From the NCBI GenBank assembly GCA_963847185.1, contig CAWJYV010000004.1:192001-256000 (forward strand): a DNA stretch of 64,000 bases, given 5' to 3'. Position 1 is the first letter of the stretch, and every line of letters begins with the position of its first letter. The position numbers were made by a program, and so were the translations under genes. Below the pieces are notes generated by a model. The model was not told the origin of the DNA, ran no database searches, and saw nothing but the letters and a program-made list of their open reading frames with translations. Below are positions 53,432-64,000 of the stretch, piece after piece. This DNA comes from an uncultured Methanosarcinaceae archaeon (GTDB lineage: Archaea; Halobacteriota; Methanosarcinia; Methanosarcinales; Methanosarcinaceae).

Positions 53432-53997
53432 AGTCTGCAAAGATTTCACAAAAATAAACAGAGAATAAAAGAAGGAAAAAAGAAAAGAAATTAGGTTGGG
53501 ATGAAGGATGATCCGGGAAAACCATAAAAGTTCCCGGGTTTTTCCTATACATATTATGTCTGTATTCATTTAGTCCCCATTTTCACAGCCTTATATTTAT
53601 ATTTCTAATTTCATTTTCTATCAATCTTTCATTATTCTTTTTCTGCCAATCTTCCATGTTCTCTTTTTGCCAATTTTCATATTCTCTTTCTGCCTCTCCC
53701 TCATTATTTTACCATATTGGGCTCAAAGATTTCTAAGTAATGGGGTATACTGTCCAGAGAGCCCCTATTCTTTTTGTCTTTTTTGAGGGGTGACTGATCA
53801 ATTTTGGTTTTTCAACGTAGAATCAAGTTCTTTGAACATTCTAGGATTGGATATCATCACAGCACCCATTTTTAAATGCAGCTTATTCTCTGAAAAATGA
53901 CACTCAATAGAGGCAGAAAAATCTGCTGACAGAAAAAAGCATTTTGAACATCAACTTGTTAGAAATATTTATACATCATCGGCAGCAATAAATCTCC

Positions 53998-55665
53998 ATG
54001 AAGAAGTACCTGGGAATTATTGTTGATTCTTTTACGCGGCGGCAATTCAAAGGCGAGATTACTGTTGAAAACGGGAAAATCATCAGTATTATAGAAAAGA
54101 AACATGATAATGAGCAGTATATCCTGCCCGGATTGGTGGATGCCCATGTACATATAGAAAGTTCTATGACCGTACCCTCGGTTTTTGCACGAATGGCTGT
54201 TGCAAAAGGCACGGTTGCGGTGATCAGTGACCCTCATGAGATTGCAAATGTTATGGGGGAAGAGGGCATTGATTACATGCTTGAAAATTCAAGAAAAGCC
54301 CCGCTTAAGGTCTTTTTTGGAGTACCTTCATGTGTGCCTGCCACACCTTTCGAATCCGCAGGAGCTGTGCTGGATGCAGAAGATGTTAACCGCTTGCTGG
54401 CAAGAGAGGATCTTTACTACCTTTCAGAGATGATGAACTTCCCAGGCGTGATTTTTGGATCCCCTGACGTTATGGCAAAACTGGAATCAGCTAAAAAGCA
54501 CGGGAAGGTTATAGACGGTCATGCTCCTGGTTTAAAAGGAGACGACCTGCAGAAATATATTGCTGCAGGAATTTCCACAGACCACGAATCATTTACTTAT
54601 GAAGAAGCTGTTGAGAAAATAAAGTCAGGAATGAAAATTCTTATCCGGGAAGGAAGCTCAGCCAGGAACTTTGAAACTCTGTACAGTCTGATAGACGAAT
54701 ATCCCGAATCAGTCATGCTCTGCACTGATGATTCCCATCCTGATACGCTAATATATGAAGGACATATTGATAAGCTAATAAGACGCGGACAGGAAAAAGG
54801 ACTTGATATCTACAACCTTATCAGAGCAGCAGTGATAAATCCCGTAAAACATTACGGACTTGATGTAGGAATGCTGCACGAAGGTGATCCTGCCGATTTC
54901 ATCATTGTAGATGATCTTAAGTCCTTCAACGTGCTGAGCACTTTCATTGAAGGAAACTGCGTTTACGATAATGGAAATGTTCTTTTCCCGACTGAAAATA
55001 TTTCTGCAAAAAATGTATTTAACAGAAGTAAAATTTCGATTGACGATATAAAGCTCACTCTGCCTTTTGAAAGGGAAAATAAGGAAAAGACCAGAGAGGG
55101 GATTAAAAAAGTCAGAGTGATAGTTGCTCAGGACGGAGAACTGGTTACAGGTCAGGAACTGGCTCTTCCAAAAATAGAAAACGGAAATCTGGTCTCAGAT
55201 CCTGAAAGAGATATTTTAAAAATAGTTGTTCTTAGCAGGTACGCAGATGATCCTGTCCGGGTTGGTTTCATTAAAAACATAGGCCTGAAAAAAGGCGCGA
55301 TGGCAAGCAGTATCGCCCACGACAGCCACAATATAATTGCAGTAGGAGCTACAGATAAAGATATAGTTGTAGCTGTCAACCGTCTGGTGGAAAATAAAGG
55401 CGGAATCGTTGTAGGAACTGCAGAAAACCTGCTTGATCTTCCTCTCGAAGTTGCAGGCCTTATGAGCATTCTTGATGGAAAAGAAGTAGCTTCCCGGTAC
55501 CAGCTGCTGAACGCAGAAGCCCGGAAGCTTGGAACCTCGCTTGAATCTCCTTTTATGACTCTTGCATTTATGTCGCTTCTGGTAATACCTGAACTTAAAT
55601 TGGGAGATAAGGGCCTGTTTGATGTGACAAAATTTAAATTTGTCGGACTTTTCGCAGACGAATAA
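53998..55665 (+). CDS. ade: Adenine deaminase
   Basis: DAHVHIESS, DPHEIANV.G, EMMNFPGV, DGHAP, AHDSHN. Confidence 0.95.
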   Translation: MKKYLGIIVDSFTRRQFKGEITVENGKIISIIEKKHDNEQYILPGLVDAHVHIESSMTVPSVFARMAVAKGTVAVISDPHEIANVMGEEGIDYMLENSRKAPLKVFFGVPSCVPATPFESAGAVLDAEDVNRLLAREDLYYLSEMMNFPGVIFGSPDVMAKLESAKKHGKVIDGHAPGLKGDDLQKYIAAGISTDHESFTYEEAVEKIKSGMKILIREGSSARNFETLYSLIDEYPESVMLCTDDSHPDTLIYEGHIDKLIRRGQEKGLDIYNLIRAAVINPVKHYGLDVGMLHEGDPADFIIVDDLKSFNVLSTFIEGNCVYDNGNVLFPTENISAKNVFNRSKISIDDIKLTLPFERENKEKTREGIKKVRVIVAQDGELVTGQELALPKIENGNLVSDPERDILKIVVLSRYADDPVRVGFIKNIGLKKGAMASSIAHDSHNIIAVGATDKDIVVAVNRLVENKGGIVVGTAENLLDLPLEVAGLMSILDGKEVASRYQLLNAEARKLGTSLESPFMTLAFMSLLVIPELKLGDKGLFDVTKFKFVGLFADE

Positions 55666-55794
55666 GCCGAAAAATACCTGGCAGAGAGTTCCTCTGCCTT
55701 TTCAGTGGCATTAGGCTCTGGCACCAATGTGCTCTGCTTTCCTTTGTCTCTGTTATTACAATTTCCAGATTTAAAGGCGTATTTGAAATTCAAA

Positions 55795-58700
55795 TCACTG
55801 TGTAGCACTGAATTTTATAACAAATTCCGTTCCGTTATCTCTTTTTAATTCGATATTGCCGTCTAACTGATCTACCAGAAGGTCCACAAGCTGCAGACCG
55901 AGTGTATCTGAACTTTCAAAGTTAATTTTTTTGGGAATTCCAACTCCATTATCTGAGACTATGAGGGTATATTTCTTACAATTATGGGTAAGTTGTTCTT
56001 TTTTATTTAGCTCATTTCTAGTCTCTTCGCTGAAGAGTTTAATCTGGATTTCTCCAGTTTTCCTGCCTGAAAATGCATATTTAAGAGAATTAGAAACAAG
56101 TTCATTAACAATCATCCCTAATGGAACCGCAGTATCCATGTTGAAAAAAATATTCTCTTCAAGACCCAGATTTAGGCAGATCTCAGTATTTCCAAATCTG
56201 TATGTCTGAAATAGATTCTGAAGAAGTCTCTGCAGATACAGTGAAAAGTTAAGTGCATCATTCCCCCTGCCTTCGTGCAATTCCTCATGGATAAAAGCAA
56301 TCGACATTATTCTGTCCTGGCTTTCTCTCAAGGCTTCGATAATTTCCGAATCCTTCACATACTCTCTGTTATTGAACTTTTCAGCCTGAAGATCTAAGAG
56401 AGAAGAGATAACCTGCAGGTTATTTTTTATTCTATGATGGATTTCCTTTTTACGGATGATTTCAATGTTTGCCAGAGCGTATTCAGTTTTTTTACGTTCA
56501 GTAATATCCTGAGTTATTCCCTTCACTCTAATAGGGACATTCTGCTCATCAAAAACAATTTCGCTCTTTGCATAAACTATACGTTCTTCCCCATTTGCTA
56601 AAATCATCCTATAATCGATGCCACCATATGGTTTTCCTTCTAAAAGTGCCTTAATTGCATTAGCCACATAGTCTCTATCGTCCGGGTGTACATAATCAAA
56701 AAGTTCCTTATAAGTTGCACCTGGTTCTTGAGGATTACGTCCATAAATACGATATAGCTCATCAGACCAATATGCTTTATCAGTTGCAATGTCCCATTCC
56801 CAGTTTCCAATGTGAGCCATCTTTTGAGCTTCAGAAAGACTTTTTTCACTTTCCTTCAACGAGTTGTAAGCTTTCTCAAGCTCTGCTGTACGCTCTTCAA
56901 CTAATTTTTCTAAATTTTCATGTGCTTTTTTCAGAGCTTCTTCGGCTTTTTTGCGCTTAGAGATATCTCTTATAATCAGACTCGTATTTATACTGCCATC
57001 GGCATCTACAAAGAGTTTAGAGGTGGTATCGCAGACGAAAGTTGACCCATTTTTTCTTCTGTATCTCAGTTCAGCCCTCATCCGACCGGTCAGCTTTCTT
57101 TCCTCAAGTGCAGCCGCAAGCTTCTCATCGTTGATTACTATACCTTCTCTTCCCGCCTTTATAATTTCATCTTCAGTCATGCCAAACATTTGACACGCTT
57201 GAGGGTTTGCACAGAGAATAGTGCCGTCGGGCCTTGTTAGAAAAATTCCGTCGAGGCTGTTTTCATACAGAGATCGGTAGCGCTCCTCGCTCACCTGGAG
57301 TGCCTCTTCAGCCTGCTCCCGCTTCTGTTCTGCCTTTTTCCTTTGCAGAACCTGCACCACTGCAGGTGCGATTGCTTCAAGATCCTCCTGCTGTTCGCAG
57401 CTATAGCCACTCTCACGGTTTGCTACCGCAATCAAGCCGATCGTTTTTCCGTCTAAGATAAGAGGCACGCCAAGAAAAGATGTGATCGGCGGATGCCCAT
57501 GTGGCAACCCGATGCTATCAGGATGGGACATTGGATCGTTGGTAAAGAAGCTTTTCTCGTTGATTATGACACTGCCATACAAACCATGGACAACATAATC
57601 GCTCGGAAGACGAATATGCCCGGTTTTATCGTACATAAGGCACTGTTCCCATGCCAGCTTGCTTTTTGCAACATCGTGCAGTAACCCGTCAGCGCCCATT
57701 TCAATAATGAAACCAAACTGGCTGCCAGTAATTTCCAGAGCTACAGATAAACATGCTTCCCCCAGTTCTTCTTCTGTTTTTGCCTGCACCACATTGCTGA
57801 AGATCCGATTGATTCCCTTAAGAATACTGTTGTATCTGCGAACCCGGTGCTCTTCTTGTTTGCGTTCGGTTATATCCTGCGTTATGCCAAAGCCGCCGAT
57901 CACAGATCCGTCTTTGTCAAATTCATGATACGCTTTTTCACGCACCCATTTGATCTTACCGTCTGCGATAATGCGATGTTCCATATCGTATGGTTTTCCA
58001 ATCATCCCTGCCTTCGATTCATTATCAACATATTCCCTGTCATCCGGATGAACCTTTGAAAGAAAAGTCTCATAGGTCAAAGGGGTGTCTTTTGGGACAC
58101 CGAATATACGGTAATTTTCATCGGACCATTTTATTTCATTTTTGCACACATCCATATGCCAGCTTCCGATATTCCCCACTGATTGGGCGCGGTCTAAATC
58201 TTCCCTGTTCTTCTGCAGCTCGCCCACCAGAGCATTGCGTTCCTCCAGCGAGTGGGCCAGCTTGATATTGCTGTAACTTAGCTGTGAAAGCATGTTGGCA
58301 AATGTCATAAAGAAGCCCATGCCTGTGTTCACAGCTTTCCTGCTCAACCTTGGAACTTTTTCAAGCGCTGCTATGTATTCCTCTTCATTGAAGCCATATT
58401 GTCTGGCCTGGGATCTGAAAAGCTCATAGTCCAGAGTGTCGTCCTCAAAAAAGAACTGCCCTCCGAAGACATAGCCGACATGCTGGTCACCCACCATGAT
58501 GGGAGTCACTACGTCCCACATGTTGTTCTTGCACTTGTACAGCTTAAACTCTCCAGGGGTAACGCCCGAGGATAGCTTTATGTCGCTTTCTACGCAGTGC
58601 TTGGAGGCTTCTGGATGAACTCTATGAAATCTGGCGCAAATATCCTGCCATCCCACACTTACCAAAACATTTCCTTTGAGATCGTTTATACCTATAGGAA

Positions 58701-58899
58701 TATGAGTAAGTTTATAGAAATTGTCCATTAGAGGCTGGATAGCCTGGACATCAATTATCTCGGAAAGCTCCAAGTTGTCCATCTTTTGAGAAGATGAGAG
58801 ATCATTTTCCAACTTCAGCCTGAAACACTGCTCGCTATGGCCTGATACTTCTCCTGCTTGCTTTCGCTCGGTATCAGATTTCCTCAGTTTTTCTTCCAT
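55795..58899 (-). CDS. Cytoplasmic sensor histidine kinase (PocR-PAS-GAF-PAS-PAS-HisKA_2-HATPase)
   Basis: ICARFHR..C..CKNNMWD PocR domain; HPDDR PAS repeats; EIHHRIKNNLQ; NELVSNSLKYAF; DNGVG; LGLQLV. Confidence 0.92.
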   Translation of the reverse strand: MEEKLRKSDTERKQAGEVSGHSEQCFRLKLENDLSSSQKMDNLELSEIIDVQAIQPLMDNFYKLTHIPIGINDLKGNVLVSVGWQDICARFHRVHPEASKHCVESDIKLSSGVTPGEFKLYKCKNNMWDVVTPIMVGDQHVGYVFGGQFFFEDDTLDYELFRSQARQYGFNEEEYIAALEKVPRLSRKAVNTGMGFFMTFANMLSQLSYSNIKLAHSLEERNALVGELQKNREDLDRAQSVGNIGSWHMDVCKNEIKWSDENYRIFGVPKDTPLTYETFLSKVHPDDREYVDNESKAGMIGKPYDMEHRIIADGKIKWVREKAYHEFDKDGSVIGGFGITQDITERKQEEHRVRRYNSILKGINRIFSNVVQAKTEEELGEACLSVALEITGSQFGFIIEMGADGLLHDVAKSKLAWEQCLMYDKTGHIRLPSDYVVHGLYGSVIINEKSFFTNDPMSHPDSIGLPHGHPPITSFLGVPLILDGKTIGLIAVANRESGYSCEQQEDLEAIAPAVVQVLQRKKAEQKREQAEEALQVSEERYRSLYENSLDGIFLTRPDGTILCANPQACQMFGMTEDEIIKAGREGIVINDEKLAAALEERKLTGRMRAELRYRRKNGSTFVCDTTSKLFVDADGSINTSLIIRDISKRKKAEEALKKAHENLEKLVEERTAELEKAYNSLKESEKSLSEAQKMAHIGNWEWDIATDKAYWSDELYRIYGRNPQEPGATYKELFDYVHPDDRDYVANAIKALLEGKPYGGIDYRMILANGEERIVYAKSEIVFDEQNVPIRVKGITQDITERKKTEYALANIEIIRKKEIHHRIKNNLQVISSLLDLQAEKFNNREYVKDSEIIEALRESQDRIMSIAFIHEELHEGRGNDALNFSLYLQRLLQNLFQTYRFGNTEICLNLGLEENIFFNMDTAVPLGMIVNELVSNSLKYAFSGRKTGEIQIKLFSEETRNELNKKEQLTHNCKKYTLIVSDNGVGIPKKINFESSDTLGLQLVDLLVDQLDGNIELKRDNGTEFVIKFSATQ

Positions 58900-59413
58900 T
58901 CAGAACCTTCTCCCACCAAAAAGAATTCATCTTGTTTGTCGCTTCAACAGAGGCTAGATCCAATTACTAATATCTATGTCCTGATCGAATTCTATCTTGC
59001 TGGCAATGCCAATTATTATGTGGTCATAATTATAAACATTTCTTTATAATATCCGCAGATAGTATGAGGAGCGTTTGAAAGAAGTAGTATATATTATTGA
59101 GGATTATGCGACAATTTATCTGACAAACTTTCTCGGTTCAGGATCTTCTTCATGAGTGAATCTGCAGGATACTTAGGATCAAGAGGGCAATTGTTAACAC
59201 TACAGCTTGAAAATCGATAACATTTTTTAAAAAGAGATGTCATTTATTGCCACCGTCTTTACGGGCATTTAAATCTAAAATTCTGAAAAAAAGTACACAT
59301 TTTGAGAGTATGTTCCACTATCAGGAATAGAGTATACAAATGAATGTCTAAGGTTTGTCTGGGGAAATATTTTGCATGGCCAAAAAAATACGTCTAATGC
59401 ATCTTATTCTTTT

Positions 59414-59995
59414 TCAGCCTTGTTTGTCCTTCTCGATGACTTTCAAAACATCAACATTTGAAGCTGTCTGAATCAAAAAGAACTGCTTGCTAACAGATGC
59501 AGTGGCCTTTGATGCTGTTTCCATGCAAAGCATAAGGATTCTTACTGCATCCTGAAAGGTGCTTTTCTTTGTCCAGTTGTCCTTAAAACATTTATTGGCT
59601 ACCTGCTTTGTAAAATCGTTTCCAAAGACGATGAACTTACTTCCCTTTGCATGGGAAGTTAAGGTTATTTCATTATTTATTATTTCTGAAATCGCATAAT
59701 TTCCGGCTGAGGCATAAAGCCTTCTTTTTTTAGAGATTCCGCCTTCAACTGAGGATACTTCTCCTATCAGGATGCTATTTCTCTCGGAAATCTTGTTCTT
59801 GCAGTCCGAAACAGTTATTTTAACTCCACATTCTTCTGCCGTTTTTGTAAGTTCATCATCTGTGACGATTGCACCGCTGTAAAGCTCTTTTTCGAGTTTC
59901 TCCCTTTGAATTTTATCTCCTTCAAAAGTTATTTCTCGCATATCTCCGGCCATTACTGCGCCGTTTTTCCCGATAAAAGCGATAACAAGGCTCAT
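59414..59995 (-). CDS. DUF2121 Ntn-fold protein (connectase-type)
   Basis: MSLVIAFIGKNGAVMAGD.R, LEKELYSG.I..D.EL, GEV, RRLYA; N-terminal Ser nucleophile. Confidence 0.82.
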   Translation of the reverse strand: MSLVIAFIGKNGAVMAGDMREITFEGDKIQREKLEKELYSGAIVTDDELTKTAEECGVKITVSDCKNKISERNSILIGEVSSVEGGISKKRRLYASAGNYAISEIINNEITLTSHAKGSKFIVFGNDFTKQVANKCFKDNWTKKSTFQDAVRILMLCMETASKATASVSKQFFLIQTASNVDVLKVIEKDKQG

Positions 59996-60243
59996 TTTTC
60001 ATGTTTCCTTTTTGATAATTTCTTGTTCATCCATGGATTTTAAGAATTTTTATTTTCCGTACTTTATTTGAGATTCAGATAATATCTTGAACTTTTTAAA
60101 TCAGCCAGTGAACATTACTTAGAGGGTTGAACCTGCATGTAATAAATACCTATCAATTAAATTCGGAATGAATTCTGCAACGGTTATATTTGTGTGTTCT
60201 ATAAATATTAATTATATATAACGAGAGATTCTACTATAAAACA

Positions 60244-60759
60244 ATGAGAAAAGGGGAAAAACTTGACAGAATAAAGCTTTCGCCTGAAGAATACAAACAA
60301 CTTCTGAATGCCGAAAAGAAATACAAAAGTGCAAAGGTTTACAGAAGAATTCAGGCATTTAAAATGCTTCACAACGGACATCTGAATAAAGAAGTTGCCG
60401 AATTTTTTTCAGTGGATATAAACACAATTTCTGATTGGATATCTATTTATCGAGATGGAGGAGTCGAGGCTCTGTTTAGTTTTGACTATAAAGGCAGGCC
60501 TCAAAAGTTAAACGATGACCAGATCTCACAGCTGAGAAATGAAGCGAATATGGGTTCATTTTCAACCTCGAAAGATATCAGGCAGTACATAATGAATAAT
60601 TATGGGATGGAATTCAGGGAGGATTATATCCCAAAGCTGGCAAACAAAATTGGATTATCCTATAAAAAAGCAAAGTCTGTTGCAGGAAAAACGACGGAAG
60701 GAAAAGTACAAAAAAATGATAGAAAAAACAAATGGGTATATCTACCAGAAAAACACTAA
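60244..60759 (+). CDS. IS630-like transposase N-terminal HTH protein lacking the DDE domain
   Basis: RRIQAF..EVAEFFSVDINTISDWI..Y..GGVEAL..KGRPQKL..GLSYKK. Confidence 0.7.
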   Translation: MRKGEKLDRIKLSPEEYKQLLNAEKKYKSAKVYRRIQAFKMLHNGHLNKEVAEFFSVDINTISDWISIYRDGGVEALFSFDYKGRPQKLNDDQISQLRNEANMGSFSTSKDIRQYIMNNYGMEFREDYIPKLANKIGLSYKKAKSVAGKTTEGKVQKNDRKNKWVYLPEKH

Positions 60760-60857
60760 AATATTTTTATCCAATGCTTTTTTGAAGTTGATCTCTTTTT
60801 GATCCTCCTCAATTAAGAGGAAAACCGCTTCTATCAGGATTCTGAGTTTATTAAATT

Positions 60858-60923
60858 CTCAGTTGATTAATCCTCGGTTGATTAATCCTCAGTTAAGGAA
60901 TTCTCAGTTAATTAATCCTCAAT
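60858..60923. repeat. Degenerate ~15-bp tandem repeat (CTCAGTTGATTAATC)
   Basis: About four units, read directly. Confidence 0.7.
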
Positions 60924-61231
60924 TCATATTGATTTCTAAATTACCTGTGATTTTGAAGAACATATTACTTTTATTTTGACATTGTTACTTTTTCCGCTTA
61001 TGTCTAAATTCATTTTCAGAAGGAGTCCTTAAATATTAGCTTATGTTATTTATATCTAACATAATGTTGGAAATATCCAATAATATGTTATAAATAATGA
61101 ACAGATTCTCAGGAATATTCAATAAAAAATCTTCAGCAAAACAGATCCAATATAAATAAATTATTGAAGGGATAGAAATAGAAAACATAAAAAAGGAATA
61201 CAAATACAAGCTTGCTCTGGGAATAGTCGTT

Positions 61232-61573
61232 ATGCTTGCCGGAATATTATCGGCAGTTTTTTTTAAAGTCGATACATCGATCCCGATTTTTTTGATAACC
61301 ATGGGACTTGTGATGTTTGTTATCACAGCTTTCAGACTCTTCAAAAATGGCGATCTTCCTGATAGGGACGAAAGGACAAAGAAGCTTGCAGCATACGGAA
61401 TTACCTATTCCTGGCTCCTGACACTTGTGCTGATTATGGTGCTTTACTGGATTGAATTCTTCGGACTGGCTGAACTTACAGCTGGAGCGATTTTGAGTAT
61501 ACTGCTTTTCTTTATGATTATCTCGGCAAATGTCTTCAGGTGGTATTTCATGCAAAAAGGGGACGTTGAATAA
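61232..61573 (+). CDS. Small membrane protein (DUF2178-like)
   Basis: TM helices flanking DERT; the true start may lie a little upstream. Confidence 0.7.
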   Translation: MLAGILSAVFFKVDTSIPIFLITMGLVMFVITAFRLFKNGDLPDRDERTKKLAAYGITYSWLLTLVLIMVLYWIEFFGLAELTAGAILSILLFFMIISANVFRWYFMQKGDVE

Positions 61574-61593
61574 GAACTTCCGGAGGATTGAGG

Positions 61594-61800
61594 GTGAAAA
61601 CAAAGATCAAGGAGCTTCGAGCAAGGCATGACCTTACCCAGGAAGCCCTTGCAAATATGGTAGGGGTAAGAAGAGAAACGATCGTTTTTCTTGAGAAAGG
61701 AAAGTATAATCCTTCTCTCAAGCTTGCATACAAAATCGCCAGATATCTGGATACAACAATTGATGAACTGTTCATCTTTGAAGATTCGGACCTTGAATAA
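61594..61800 (+). CDS. XRE-family HTH transcriptional regulator
   Basis: [31 protein letters not shown]. Confidence 0.92.
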   Translation: MKTKIKELRARHDLTQEALANMVGVRRETIVFLEKGKYNPSLKLAYKIARYLDTTIDELFIFEDSDLE

Positions 61801-62275
61801 ATCCGCAAACACTTAGATTATATCCTTAAAAACTTGCAACAGCTATTGGCATATATAACTCTTCTGTCCAATACCTCGAACAATCGAAGGTAAGAGGATA
61901 ATTGGGGACCTAAAAAGAGTATGAAAATAGTAAGCTTGAGAATTTTCAGAAAAACTCATAAAGAGTTGATTTAAAGTAACTTATTGAATAAATTACCCTG
62001 GATAGTCTATTAAATCGCATCTATCAGGATATGAGAAAATATTAGACCTTAAAAAGTTGTATTTTCCCGCTGGATAAATTGAGAGGAAGAGATTGCGTGA
62101 TTTAAATAGAAATTCTGGAACATACTACGAAATATTGTAACTTGATGCTGTATAATATTTATTTTATTAATAACTGAATTTTATGGAAGAATTTAATTTC
62201 TAAAAAGAGAATAATAAATTAAAGATATTATTTACTGTTAACCATATTTCAATAGTAATTCATTCAGGAGACAAC

Positions 62276-62989
62276 ATGGAAAATACACTTATTGCTTTTC
62301 ATAATGTCTGGAAAACTTATCAGATGGGAGAAGTCCAGGTTAATGCTCTGAAAAATGTAAATGTAAGACTTGGGAAAAGAGAATTTGCCGCTATAATTGG
62401 TCCTTCGGGAAGCGGGAAATCAACAATGATGAACCTTCTTGGTTGCCTGGATATCCCTTCAAAAGGTGAAATTTTCCTGAAAGGCCGAAATATAGCTCTC
62501 CTTGAAGAATCGGATCTGGCAACTTTTAGAGGCAAAACCATAGGGTTCGTTTTCCAGCAGTATAACCTGATCCCTGGAATGACGGCTCTCGAAAATGTGC
62601 TCTTGCCCCTGGAAATTCAGGAGATTGATGACACTATTGCGGAAAAAAGGGCAAAAGAGCTGCTGACCATTGTAGGGCTTTCCGACAAAATGCAGAATAA
62701 ACCTTCTCAGCTCTCTGGGGGTCAGCAACAAAGAGTCTCGATTGCGCGATCTCTTGCCTGTGATCCTGAAATAATCCTTGCAGATGAGCCCACAGGAGCG
62801 CTCGATAGCGTCACTGGTAAAGAAGTTATAGGAATACTCTACAGGCTCTGGAAGGAAAAAGGCAAAACAGTGGTTATGGTTACCCATGACCTTCACCTTG
62901 CAGGTTATGCCAGAAGGCATATCCATCTGAAAGATGGGGAAATTATCAGCGATGAGCCGAATAAAGAACAATTTGAGCCTGAAGCTTGA
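62276..62989 (+). CDS. ABC transporter ATP-binding protein (LolD/MacB-like)
   Basis: GPSGSGKST, LSGGQQQRV, LADEPTGALD, VTHD. Confidence 0.95.
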   Translation: MENTLIAFHNVWKTYQMGEVQVNALKNVNVRLGKREFAAIIGPSGSGKSTMMNLLGCLDIPSKGEIFLKGRNIALLEESDLATFRGKTIGFVFQQYNLIPGMTALENVLLPLEIQEIDDTIAEKRAKELLTIVGLSDKMQNKPSQLSGGQQQRVSIARSLACDPEIILADEPTGALDSVTGKEVIGILYRLWKEKGKTVVMVTHDLHLAGYARRHIHLKDGEIISDEPNKEQFEPEA

Positions 62990-63128
62990 TTTTGAGAATC
63001 AGGATCAAATTCAGGTAAAATGTATAAAAGAACTCGGATAAGTTTTCGAAATTTACCTTGGATAAGAGTTCTTCCGGAAAGGAATATGTGAAAAAAATAA
63101 TTGGATTAAGAAATTGAGGAATCTAAAA

Positions 63129-64000
63129 ATGGGCCTTAAAAAATCTATTGGATTTACCTGTGTGATATTGCTCAGTCTTTTACTATTATGCTGCGGACCC
63201 TCCATGGCTGAAACAAATCTTACGGAGCTTAACAGGGGCTTGAGTATTGACCTGCTTAACCAGGATCCTGATCCTGTAAATCCGGGAGACATTCTCGAAA
63301 TCAGCCTTGCAGTCGAGAACACTGAATATGAGGATTTAGAGGATTGTATTCTGGAAATCAAGCCTGAATATCCTTTCAAAGCTCTTTCAGGTGAGAAGCT
63401 TACATATAATATAGGTACGCTTGGAAAGCGTTCTGAGGACGACCGCAGGAAAGTAGTGAAGTTCAAATTGGGAATTGAAAACGAAGTCAATGAAGGTAAG
63501 TATCCTCTCAAAGTGCACCTTTACTCAACAGACAACGAGGAAGAATCTACTCTTACTCGAGAAGTAACTATAGAAATCGATAGTGAATCAAACGCAGAAA
63601 TAGAACATATAAGTGTTGAAAAATTGGTGCCTGGAGAGAAGACAAATCTTGTTTTCGGAATAAAAAATGTAGGGAATTCCCCTCTAAAAAATGCGATGTT
63701 CTCCTGGGACTGCACAAACGATGTAATCCTGCCTGTAGGCTCCAGTAATGTCAAACATATCAACCTTATCGATGTAGGGGATACAGCCAATGTCAGCTTT
63801 GAGGTATTGACTAACGTGAACACAAAGCCAGGCCTGTACAAGCTTGACATGGTTCTTACCTATGATGACATCGAAGAACTGAAGACAATTACTGAAGCAG
63901 GCACCGTAGAAAACCAGAAACGAAAACAAATCAAAAGTAAGGCAGGCATCTACATAGGAGGAACCACGGATTTCGATATTGCCTTCATGGAAAAAAGCCC
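63129..64000 (+). CDS. COG1361 S-layer-family protein, running off the window end
   Basis: Signal peptide MGLKKSIGFTCVILLSLLLLCCGPSMA, then QDPDPVNPGD; no stop found before the window end. Confidence 0.8.
   Translation, partial: MGLKKSIGFTCVILLSLLLLCCGPSMAETNLTELNRGLSIDLLNQDPDPVNPGDILEISLAVENTEYEDLEDCILEIKPEYPFKALSGEKLTYNIGTLGKRSEDDRRKVVKFKLGIENEVNEGKYPLKVHLYSTDNEEESTLTREVTIEIDSESNAEIEHISVEKLVPGEKTNLVFGIKNVGNSPLKNAMFSWDCTNDVILPVGSSNVKHINLIDVGDTANVSFEVLTNVNTKPGLYKLDMVLTYDDIEELKTITEAGTVENQKRKQIKSKAGIYIGGTTDFDIAFMEKS

Overview
This is an archaeal chromosomal window, most consistent with Methanosarcina, based on gene content (thermosome, archaeal AspRS, DUF2121/connectase, COG1361 S-layer-family gene) and TATA-type promoters. 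It has two parts. (1) About 1-21,100 is an AT-rich, decaying accessory region. About 11 same-orientation copies of a modular 100-300 bp non-coding repeat separate single genes or gene pairs there. The cargo includes a secondary ADH, a HicB remnant, a methyltransferase with TrmB, an AAA-ATPase remnant, a beta-propeller surface protein, Fic, a cis-prenyltransferase and an MNT-HepT toxin-antitoxin pair. Three near-identical copies of a small CxxC-x17-CxxC zinc-finger gene with a conserved promoter and long leader are interleaved with the cargo. A broken KAP-NTPase/HEAT-repeat fusion and an intact HEAT paralog follow. This looks like an integron-like cassette array without recognisable attC sites, and no recombinase gene is present in the window. 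(2) About 21,400-64,000 is ordinary intact genome: argG, carAB, mprF, MATE, U32, aspS, rpiA, thermosome, ade, a PAS/GAF histidine kinase, connectase, an ABC ATPase and others. I found no tRNA, rRNA or CRISPR array. All family calls come from motif recognition by eye, not database searches, and repeat boundaries are approximate.
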